Assembly: GCF_006345805.1 (NCBI RefSeq)
Contig: NC_043009.1
Span: forward strand, 54,808,001-54,872,000
Origin: Octopus sinensis
Taxonomy: Eukaryota
Length of the DNA: 64,000 nt
Direction of reading: 5' to 3'
Part shown: one piece after another, positions 1 to 11,612 of the stretch
Numbering within the stretch: the stretch's first letter is position 1
How the letters are laid out: each line of letters opens with the position of its first letter
Notes under the pieces: model-generated
Databases searched by the model: none
Seen by the model: only the letters and a program-made list of their open reading frames with translations
Told to the model about the DNA's origin: nothing
Position numbers and translations under genes: made by a program

Positions 1-278
1 TTTTTTTGTTTCTTTTTCATTTTTATACTTTGTAGTTTCGATTCAGATTCTCAGAGAGATACAGATATATATGTGTGTGTGTGTGTGTTACCATTTGTAA
101 ATGAAAGAAGAGAGCACTAAATACATGTGGTGTATAGTTTTATGTATGTTTTTATTTAAACTAAGATTTCAATTGTTATTCATTCTCTTCCACTATCTGC
201 AATCTTTCAGAGCATTGACCAAAAGATCACAGGGCATGAAACTCAAATAGCGACCAAAATCTGTGTTTAAAATACACC

Positions 279-281
<3 letters not shown>

Positions 282-376
<95 letters not shown>

Positions 377-545
377 TATATATACACACATATATATAAT
401 ATATATACACACACATATACATACATATATATACATACATACATATATATACATACATACATATATGTATATATATATATATATATATATACATACATAC
501 ATATATGTATATATATATATATATATATACATACATACATATATG

Positions 546-579
<34 letters not shown>

Positions 580-771
580 ATATATATTACCTTTGCCCAT
601 ATAATAGAGTAAATGAATTGATTGCATCGCAATCCTTAACATTTATGTATTAACTTTATTGGGTACTTCACTAGCAGTATATTGGATATATGTTATCCCA
701 TGGAGGGTTGCATTTACAACACCTAACTCAATTTGTATGTACATACATACATACGTACGTACGTACGTACA

Positions 772-803
<32 letters not shown>

Positions 804-807
804 AACA

Positions 808-843
<36 letters not shown>

Positions 844-846
844 TAT
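282..846. repeat. Compound (TA)n/(CA)n/(TACA)n microsatellites (282-587 and 738-846)
   Basis: Read directly from sequence; the YI-rich ORFs here are artefacts of it. Confidence 0.95.
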
Positions 847-890
847 GTAACAAAGTGGAGTTGTAGGGTACCGCACGAGTGGAATTATAT

Positions 891-1277
891 ACGAAAGAAG
901 GTTTGAAAATGCAATTTTAAAAGATGTTTATTTACTTTACCGGTTTCACTCTTTGGGAAAAGATTGTCAAAAGTAACATGTAGAAGTTTGGTTGCGTTAA
1001 TCATTGGTTGTTGCAAATTGCTACATTACATATATACAGTCTTTGGTAACAAGGACATGTTAAGGACATAAAAAAGTTTGAACTTGTTAAACTTTTTTAT
1101 GTCTTTAACATGTCCTTGTTACCAAAGACTGTATATATGTAATGTAGCAATTTGCAACAACCAATGATTAACGCAACCAAACTTCTACATGTTACTTTTG
1201 ACAATCTTTTCCCAAAGAGTGAAACCGGTAAAGTAAATAAACATCTTTTAAAATTGCATTTTCAAACCTTCTTTCGT
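891..1277. repeat. Long inverted repeat: 189-bp arms (891-1079 and 1089-1277), 9-nt spacer
   Basis: Arms are reverse complements with one mismatch (G1064 vs T1104). Confidence 0.95.
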
Positions 1278-2178
1278 GTGTGTGTATATATATATATATA
1301 TGTATGTATGTATGTATGTATATACTGAGAGAGAGAGAGAGGTGAGTGTTAAGTTACTTTGTATGTGTTCAGAAGCTGAAGCAGTTGTAATTCTAGAAAT
1401 GATAAACTACAGTCAACAAACAAACAAACAACAACAGCAGTAGTAGTAATAGTAGTAGTAGTAATAATAGTAGTAGTAGCTTGTCTGTGTGTCTCTACGG
1501 CAACTGTCTCTCTACAAATGACAGATACTAGTTTATTGACATTGTCCATTCTAAGCCGAGATGACATTGCTTTTGCTGAATTCTTCATTTTTTTCCCCCC
1601 AGTTTTTGACAGAGAGAGAGAAGATTGGGAGAGGAGAATGGAAGGGCAGGAGGGAGGAAGGGAAAGGGCTATTCAAGAGAGGGATCTTTTTTTTTCTTGT
1701 TGTTGTTGTCATAATTATTATTATTTAAATATTCATTTGACTATTTTGTTGTCTTTTTAATTTCTCTGTTTTTTTTTCTTCTTTTGACTGTTTATCTTTT
1801 CTTACTTACACACACAGACAAACACAAGCATGCACACATACACAAACACACACACACACACACGTACATACAGTGTGTGAATCCTTCAAAATGAAGATCA
1901 TTTTATTATATCCTGTGTGTAAATATGACAGTGGAGGAGGTGAGGGTGAGTGGAGACTACTTCATTTGGGTGGCTTGGGGAAAAAAGGGCTATCTTATTC
2001 ACTTATCTTTACATATATTTATATTTATATTATTATTATTATTATTATTAACATTACATTTTGTTCACATTTTTTTTTTATATTGATTCTCTAAAACTGG
2101 TACCAATGTTCGGTGGGTTTTTGTATGAAACAGTCACAACTGAAGTGAATTAATTCATTTGGTTTGGTTTGGGTCTAT

Positions 2179-2346
2179 TCAGCTGGCCACCTGTGCAGAA
2201 ACCTCTGGTAAAGGCAGGACTCGGTTCAATTGGCTGTAACACTGCACACAGACTGGTGCATGGCGTTTGGGGAAATGACCTGGCAGAGGTAGATGAGCAG
2301 CGATACAACGGGTACAAAACACCTCACCACACTTCCAACAATGGTA
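2179..2346 (-). CDS. MTMR6: MTMR6-like last coding exon: second half of FYVE-like domain ([14 protein letters not shown]...[23 protein letters not shown])
   Basis: 168 nt, acattttag acceptor, TGA stop at 2181-2179, three CxxC pairs. Confidence 0.9.
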   Translation of the reverse strand, partial: YHCWKCGEVFCTRCIAAHLPLPGHFPKRHAPVCVQCYSQLNRVLPLPEVSAQVAS

Positions 2347-5300
2347 CTAAAATGTAGAAGAAAAAAAAATTTGATAATTTTGACAGATAGATAAAAAAAT
2401 TTTAATAAATAAATGGATAAATAGACATCATAGAATCATGGTAAAAGTAGAAACAAACAAACTCTGAAAAAAAAAATGGTTAGTTATAGGGAATTGGAGA
2501 CAATATATAGAGCAACAGCCTAGACATTTATCAAAAAACTGAATTCCAAGATGGATGGAATTTAAACCCAAATGTTAAGAGCAGTTTAAAACATACATTG
2601 GAGAACACGTCTCACCAAGAAACAGCTGTATAGAAATCACCTGCTTGTTTCCATCATTATAAGGAAAAGGCACTTGTGCTTTGCAGAACATTGGTGGCAA
2701 GCTAAACAAGTGACCTATTGCTATGGATGCCAAAGCATTGCCATACTCAAGCAGCTCATCAGAACACAACATATGTAGATCAATTCATCGGAGACACTGG
2801 ATCCCTCTCTGAACACCTCTCTCGACTAATGCAAGACCGAGATGGATGGCATGCACAAGTTGAAAATATTTGAGCAAGCTCAACTAGACGGTGATGAAGA
2901 CATTCTACATTCGTGATAGAAGAGAAGGTAACAAGAACCAGGGGAATGACAAGTTATACTGGCCTCAGTAGCATTTGGCCCTGAGGATTGACCAAAGCCT
3001 TGTGAACAGATTTGGTAAATAGAAACTGAAAGAAGATTGGTGTGTGTGAGTGAGAAAGAGTGAGAGAAAGAGAGAGCATGCCTTTGTCTCCTTGTCTTGT
3101 CATCACATGATGGTTATAAATGAGCAATCACTCATTTCCAATCTTCCATAAAAAATATATCTGGCCATTGGAAAATATTACCTGGCTTGGCAACAGGAAG
3201 GGCATCTGGTCATTGAAAAATCTGCCTCAACAGATTATGTCCAACCCATGCAAGTATGGAAAAGTAAATGGCGGCGGTGGCGGTGATATCCGACGATGAC
3301 AACAGGTGTGTTACTATTAAATGTTTGATCAGGTATCTCTGTGACATAGACTTGCTATTCTTAGTCTGACCTTGGTGTCAAATCATACATTCTACAGGCT
3401 CTGTTTCTCAGTTGTTCAATGTGGAAGCTTTTATACATTTTTATTCAAGTGTTGGGCTTCATGGAGGCAAGGTGGCTTGAGGTCCTTTTGAGCATTGGGC
3501 CTCATGGAAGCAAGTGGCTGAGTTCCTTTTGAGTGTTTGGCCTCACTGAGGCAATCATCAAGACCTTTGGCATTATATTGTGCTTGAGAAGAAGACCCAT
3601 CAAACCACGCAAAAGTGCATGGCAGATACTGGTGTTACACAAATAGCACCCATGTCTGTGGCATGTAAAAACACCATTACACTCTTGGAGTGGTTGGCGC
3701 TAGGAAGAGCATCTAATTGTAGAAAACCATGCCAAATCAGACTGGAGCCTAGTGCAGCTTTACAGCATGGCAGCCCAGTCAAACCGTTCGACCAATGCCA
3801 GCATGGACAATAGACATTAAATGCTGCTGATGATGATGATTAGAGCATTGACATGTTAGGTGCAGATCATTTGTACTCTGGGAAACCTCCCACCCAAAAT
3901 AATATTTTAAATAAAAGAAAGAATAACAGGACAACAGAAAACACACATACCCTACTGTCACACTGTACATATGCATACTGTCACATTGGACAGTATGATA
4001 TTGCTATTATATTGGATATATCCATACTGTCTCACTGGACATACTGTCACACTGGACATCTGCATACTGTCATATTGGACATGCCCATACAATCACATCA
4101 AACATATCCATACTGTAGAAAATTTCCAAAATTAAAAAGTAAAACAAAAATTATAAACTAATCGAAAAAGTTTGTTACCTTCTTTGAAAAATGTTCAAAA
4201 GAATATGCACAACTACAGTTTTGTACATTCCGGAATGGCTTCCAGTCAATAGCAACGGACGCTAATTCTTCATAGAGTTGAGCTTTTGTGAGGGGTTCGG
4301 AACTGCCAGTGACGCTTGTCAAAGACACTACACTGGATACCAGGCCGTCATCAATACCTGAACGAGACAACTGGGAACTGGATTCATCAAAGCCAGATTC
4401 AGTGTCACTCTTACCAGCAACGTGATTGTTTTCTGATTCAAAGGACTTGGTGAGGGTTAAGTTGGTACTGCTTAACTTATCTCCACCATTCTCTTCGGTA
4501 GGTTCTGTCAGTAAAACACCGTCAAGAGAGTCCATAGACGAGAAACACTGTAGCTTACGCTGGATCACTTCCTCAGAAATACCCATTCGTTTGCAAAGGT
4601 CATTGATTCTCTGAAAGAAAGAATAAAAAGAATAAAAAATCTATGTAAAGCACGGCAGTTCTCTATGAAATTTAAATTCAAATAATTATTTCAAATTTTG
4701 GCACAAGGCTGGAAATTTTGAGGGGAAGGGCCAATCAATGACATTGACCCTTGTGATCAACAGGTACTTTAAAAAAAAATTTTTTTTTTACCTGGAAAGG
4801 ATGAAAAACAAAGCTGACAGAACTAGAATTCAGAATGTAAAAAGTTGGAAGAAATGCTGTTATCTTGACAGTTAAAGATACTGGCCCAAGGTGCTACATA
4901 GTAGGACCGAACCCTAAAGCATATAGTTGGGAAGCAAACATCTTTACCACACAGCCATGCTAGGACTACTTGTATGTCATGCCTGGCACACAAAAACATT
5001 GCTCCATAACCACCTCACCCCCACTATTTTCAACAATAGCAATGTTTATGTAGGCAAAAATTCAACAAACTGTTACACAAAAGACCATATAAAAGCTATC
5101 GACTATTCAACTGCCCAGAAGTACCTCTAGTACCCTTGGACATGCTTGTAAAATAGAAAAACAGTACAGCACCCAGGACTTTCAGAAAAATATTTTTTTC
5201 ACACTCAGAATTGTCAAAGCATGGAATAAACTACCCTTGTTGATGAAACAAAGGAGAAAGATCCTTCTCGGGTGTTATAGATTCCTAGGGCTGGTTTCCC

Positions 5301-8300
5301 AGTTTCTGAGGCATTGGTGTGTATATTCCCTGCATGGAGGAGATGCCAGTCCATCACAGGATTATTCATTTTTGCAGCTGAGTGGACTGGAGCAACATGA
5401 AATGAAATGTTTTCTTCAAGAACACTATATGTCACCTGGCCCAGGAATCGAAATCACAATCTTAGGATCAAGTGGAGTCATGTGCCTCCACTCTTGTTGC
5501 ATCCTTCAAAAATTCCAAGCTGCCCGAAATTCACCAACACTATCTCTGATGTGCCCATGCACGCTTTTCTCTCTATGGCTCTTTTGCTGTTCATTTTACT
5601 TTCTCCTTGTATTTAATTCTGTGTATTAAACATGTACTTTTGGCTATCATAGATGTCTGTTTTTACTTGACTTATTACTGCTTTCTATTCCCTTCTCTTA
5701 CCCACTTCTAAGGAGGTGGTGGTGGTGGTGGTCGCTGCCACCGCCGTCATCATCATCATCATTAAATATCTTGCTTTTTGTCTTTTTACTTGTTTCAGTC
5801 ACTGAACTGTGGCCATGCTGGAACACTGCCTTGACGGGGTTTTAGTCAAACGAATTGATTCTAATAATTATTTTTTAAGTCTGGGACTTACACTATCAGT
5901 CTGTTTATGCCAAACTGCCAAGTTATAGGGACGTAAACAAACCAACATTGGTTGTCAAGTAGTGGGAAAGGGACAAAGATAAACACATGCTATGCTTCCA
6001 CACAGTTTCCATCTACCAAATTCACTCACAAGGTATTGGCCCAGGACTATGCCAGAAGACACTTGCCCAAGGGATGGAACCCAGAAGCACATGGTTGCAA
6101 AGTGAGTTTCTTAACTACAAAGCCCCATCTGTGTCAGGTATTTCATATCAAGTATTTTGTGAGCAATAGCATTGATTGAATAAATGAATGAATCAATCAA
6201 TCATTGGCTTACAGCATTTCCAATGTCAATAATGACAAGACAATGTTTACGTAACTTGGATGCAATAAATACTACCCAATATTTTTGTTTGAAAGTACCT
6301 GTTATCCAGAAGTTAATTTTTATTGTGGAAAAATCTAATATTTGGTAAAATTTGTTCAAGGTGGAAGGCAAAAGAAAAGGAAGACTTCTGCCAAAGTCTA
6401 AAACACTTACCATTTCCAGTAACCGTATATGGTCTTCAAGGGAGCTGCTGTGTTCTTTAGCTGTTGCCAATGTATCCATTATTTCTTCTCTAGGATGCAC
6501 ACCAGTGTCAAAGCGGTTATACATTCCTTTCCAAAACCTACAAAGAAAGTATAAGAATGAAGATTTGTTCTTATTGTTAGATTGATATTAAAATTATGTG
6601 CTAAATTCTAACATTTTGGCAACAACTTTACTACATTACAATTTCATATGGAAAATATTGTTTCTGAATTTAACTCTTTAGCAATTAATCCAGCCATACA
6701 TGGTCCAAATATTCTTCCTGTTTCATGTTTGAACCAGACAGATCTGACCTCTCACATCTATCCTATAATGTCATTCTAAAAATAAGTAAATCACATCATC
6801 AAAATCTCTAAGCTACAAGATAATGCATGATAATAATTCAAAAACAATGTGAATAAATAAGCGTTATATTTGACAAAGTAATCTGAATGCTAAAGGGTTA
6901 ATAAAAAGAAAATTATTTATTCTTTTTATTTTGTTTCAGTCATTTGACTGTGGCCATGCTGGAGCACCGCCTTTAGTCGAGCAAATCGACCCCGGGACTT
7001 ATTCTTTGTAAGCCTAGCACTTATTCTATCGGTCTCTTTTGCCGAACCGCTAAGTAACGGGGAAGTAAACACACCAGCATCGGTTGTCAAGTGATGTTGG
7101 GAGGATGAACACACAAACACAAACATACACACATATATATCTATACATATATACGACGGGCTTCTTTCAGTCTCCGTCTACCAAATCCACTCACAAGGCT
7201 TTGGTCGGCCCGAGGCTATAGTAGAAGACACTTGCCCAAATTGCCATGCAGTGGGACTGAACCCAGAACCATGTGGCTGGTAAGCAAGCTACTTACCACA
7301 CAGCCACTATAAACTTTGTACATGAAATGAGTTTGAATAAATGAATAAAGCATACACCATAGATTGAATGCAATACTCCCTACCTCTGTACATGGACTGG
7401 ACCTAGTTCTAAATTTCTCTTCATCAACATTCCTACTGTGTCTCACATCTCAACGACAACACTAACTAATTTGGTCCAATCCTTTCTCTTTAAAACATCA
7501 TACCACAGATAATCATTCCTCACCCTCTTACTAGCCATATTGATTTGACCAGTCTTTGAGGCTTGTATAGAGCATACCACTGCCTCCCTCTTAATGACAA
7601 ATCTCTGAGGACCTGCTAGAAAGATTAGACACTTTAAGGCGGCGAGCTGGCAGAAACATTAGCACGCCGGGCTAGATGCTTAGCAGTATTTCACGTTCTG
7701 AGTTCAAATTCCGCCAAGGTCGACTTTGCCTTTCGTCCTTTCGAGGTCAATAAATTAAGTACCAGTTTCGCCCTGGGGTCGATGTAATCGACTTAATCAC
7801 TATGTCTGTCCTTGTTTGTCCCCTCTATGTTTAGCCCCTTGTGGGCAATAAAGAAATAAGACAGATTAGACACTGCTTCCCTCTTAATGAGCAGTGTTTA
7901 GGAGATTGTGAAGATTATAGACATTGCTTCCTCCTCACAGACCAGTATCTGACAGCCTGTGAAGGGGATCTGACACAGCTTCTATCTTCTTCACTTTTGT
8001 AATTGGACGTAAAATCTTACTTCTTAACTGAAAGTTAAATATTTAAATAATTCAAGATAGTTACATCATATAATGGGAAATATATAATGAATAATAGCTA
8101 ATAACATGCAAACATGCGCTAAAGAAATAAACATAAATGGTAAAGCCAGTATATGTTATACCAACAAAACGATACTCAGAACAAATGTATTTTGAGAGTG
8201 TAAAGTTATTCCCCTTCAATGTTCAATGGAAAAAGCCATTTCTCGACTCTAGTATATTTTATTCATAAGACACAAAGTTAGACATAGGAGTGGCTGTGTG

Positions 8301-11049
8301 GTAAGTAATTTGCTTAACAACCACATGGTTCCGGGTTCAGTCCCACTGCGTGGCACCTTGGGCAAGTGTCTTCTACTATAGCCTCGGGCTCACCAAAGCC
8401 TTGTGAGTGGATTTGATAGGCGGAAACTGAAAGAAGCCCATTGTATATATATATATATATATATATATCTGTGTCGGTGGCACATAAAAACACCATCCGA
8501 AGACCCGGCAAGACTAGTCAGGCCATATCCCATGGCCCCTACCTGGGACGTAGTCAGTCCACCTGTGCATACCTTCCTCCTTGTGATACTTGTGAAGGCC
8601 TGTTGAGGCAAGTGAAAATCAAAATGAAATCAAAACAAATCAAATCAAATCAAATCAAAACAAATCAAAATAGATGAACATTAATGGAATTGTATCTTTG
8701 TGGTACCAGTGCCGGTGGCACACAAGAAAACCATCCGAACGTGGCCGTAGCCAGTACCGCACCGACTGGCCTCCGTGCTGTGGGCACGTAACAAACACCA
8801 TCCGATCGTGGCCGTTTGCCAGCCTCATCTGGCACCTGTGTCGGTGGCACATAAAAACACCATCCGAAGACCCGGCAAGACTAGTCAGGCCATAACCTGT
8901 GGCCCCTACCTGGGACGTAGTCAGTCCACCTGTGCATACCTTCCTTCTTGTGACACTTGTGAAGACCTGTTGAGGCAAGTGAAAATCAAAACAAATCAAA
9001 ATAGATGATCATCAATGGAATTTGTATCTTTGTGGTACCAGTGCCGGTGGCACATGGCACACAAGAAAACCATCCGAACGTGGCCGTAGCCAGTACCGCA
9101 TCGACTGGCCTCCGTGCTGTGGGCACGTAACAAACACCATCCGATCGTGGCCGTTTGCCAGCCTCATCTGGCACCTGTGTCGGTGGCACATAAAAACACC
9201 ATCCGAGCGTGGCCGTCTGCCAGCCTCGTCTGGCACCTGTGTCGGTGGCACATAAAAACACCATCCGAGCGTGGCCGTTTGCCAGCCTCGTCTGGCACCT
9301 GTGTCGGTGGCACAAAATCACCCACTACACTCTCGGAGTGGTTGGCGTTAGGAAGGGCATCCAGCTGTAGAAACACTGCCAGATCTGACTGGACTGGTGC
9401 AGCTTTCGGGCTCCCCAGACCCCAGTTGAACCGTCCAACCCATGCTAGCATGGAAAGCGGACGTTAAATGATGATGATGATGATGATGATGATGTTTGAG
9501 TATCTGAGTTTGTCCCCCCAACATCGCTTGACAACTGATGCTGGGGTGTTTACATCCCCGTAACTTAGCGGTTTGGCAAAAAGAGACCGATAGAATAAGT
9601 ACTAGGGTTACAAAGATTAAGTCCTGGGGTCGATTTGCTCAACTAAAAGGCGGTGCTCCAGCATGGTCACAGTCAAATGACTGAAACAAGTAACAGAGTA
9701 AAGTTGAATTCGTTTTTAATAGGTGGACACAGTCAACTAAATCTACCTCAGCGAAACTGGCCCTATGCTCCTTATAGGGTAATGTGGACTAACCATAATG
9801 CATGTTGATCCCTTTGTCCAACATTATAAATAGGGTTTTAGAAATAATTTACCCTGTCTAACCTGCGAGATCTAGTTTCTACTTCAAGCTGTCCAGCAAA
9901 ACCAATAAAATTTGACACCCCAATCGTAAGCACCAAAATCAATCTTAGAATGAGGAGACACCAAACTACTTACAGGGTGTTCAGTTCTGTAATTAGCTAA
10001 TGTATGATGACGGGTGAAATAAGATAAAATGAAGCAGGACATAAACATACCTGAAGATTTGGGGGCAAGTGTTCGGGAAAAGCAACCCACTTGCTTTAGT
10101 TGCCATGTTATCCTTCTGGAAAATGGGGTTGATGAAGTCGTTCATGTACTTATGGATGTAACCCCAGAGGGAGTGTGTTCTTTCTGACAACCTGTAGATA
10201 AAGAGAAGAGAAACAAAAAAAGAAAATTAAATCGAAATTTAGAGAAAAAAACATTCGACTGGAGGAGATATTGATGGTGGAAGAAACATTTAATGAGGGG
10301 TCTGCAAGTAATACAGCAAGGAGGTGAGATATGGTGAGGGTAATGATTTCAATATAAAACTACATTGCTTTTATTGTGTTAATATATTTAGATAGTGGAT
10401 TGTACAGAAATAGTAGACAACAATAAAAACAAAAAACAAATGTTCTCTTTCTCTCTTTCCACCCTCTCTCCAACTCCCTCCCTTCTCTGTTTACTGAGTT
10501 CAAACCTTATCAAATTTGACTTTACCTTTTGATAAGGGAGTTTCAATGAATTAATTCAAGCTGCTAGCAATAGCAGTCAAATCTCCTTGAAACTACATCC
10601 TACCATCAGGAAAAAGGCAAGATACATATTACTGAAGGTGGTGAACTGGGAGAATTGTTAGCATACCGAGTTCGAATTCTGCTGAGGTTGACTTAACCTT
10701 TCATCCTTTTGAGGTCAACAAAATAAGTACCAGTTGAGGGTCAACGTAACTGACTTACCACCTCCCCTGGACTTGCTGGCCTTGAGCCAAAATTTTAAAC
10801 CATCATTATTATTATTATTATTTGTCTGTCTTTACATTCTCTGAGTTCAAATTGTGTTAAAGTCACCTTAGTCTTTCATCCTTTCGAGGTTGATAAAGTA
10901 AGTACCAGTCATATACTGGGATAGATGAGATCGACTTCCCACCTCCCCCAACATTTCAGGCCTTGTGCTTTTACTAGAAAGAAGGATTATTATTATATAT
11001 TATTATTATTATTATTACTATTATTATTATCATTATTATTATTATTATC

Positions 11050-11093
<44 letters not shown>

Positions 11094-11274
11094 CATTATT
11101 ATATTATTATTTGTCTGTCTTTACATTCTCTGAGTTCAAATTGTGTTAAAGTCACCTTAGTCTTTCATCCTTTCGAGGTTGATAAAGTAAGTACCAGTCA
11201 TATACTGGGATAGATGAGATCGACTTCCCACCTCCCCCAACATTTCAGGCCTTGTGCTTTTACTAGAAAGAAGG

Positions 11275-11312
<38 letters not shown>

Positions 11313-11340
11313 TATTATTATCATTATTATTATTATTATC

Positions 11341-11384
<44 letters not shown>

Positions 11385-11403
11385 CATTATTATTATTATT
11401 ATC

Positions 11404-11435
<32 letters not shown>

Positions 11436-11451
11436 CATCATTATCATTATT

Positions 11452-11501
<50 letters not shown>

Positions 11502-11566
11502 TATTATTATTATCATTATTATCATTATTATTATTATCATTATTATTATTATCATTATTATTATTA

Positions 11567-11612
<46 letters not shown>

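Noticed and set aside
193-876. YI/HT-rich ORFs
   Set aside because: Translations of (TA)n and (TACA)n microsatellites.
1198-1230. Hammerhead ribozyme core (TTGACAA-stem-GAAAC) in the hairpin arm
   Set aside because: Two conserved core positions differ from CUGANGA and stem II spacing is off by two bases; at most a decayed remnant. An Infernal search would be needed.
8288-8350. SINE heads as functional tRNA genes
   Set aside because: A- and B-box-like motifs are present but no complete cloverleaf, and each continues into a SINE body.
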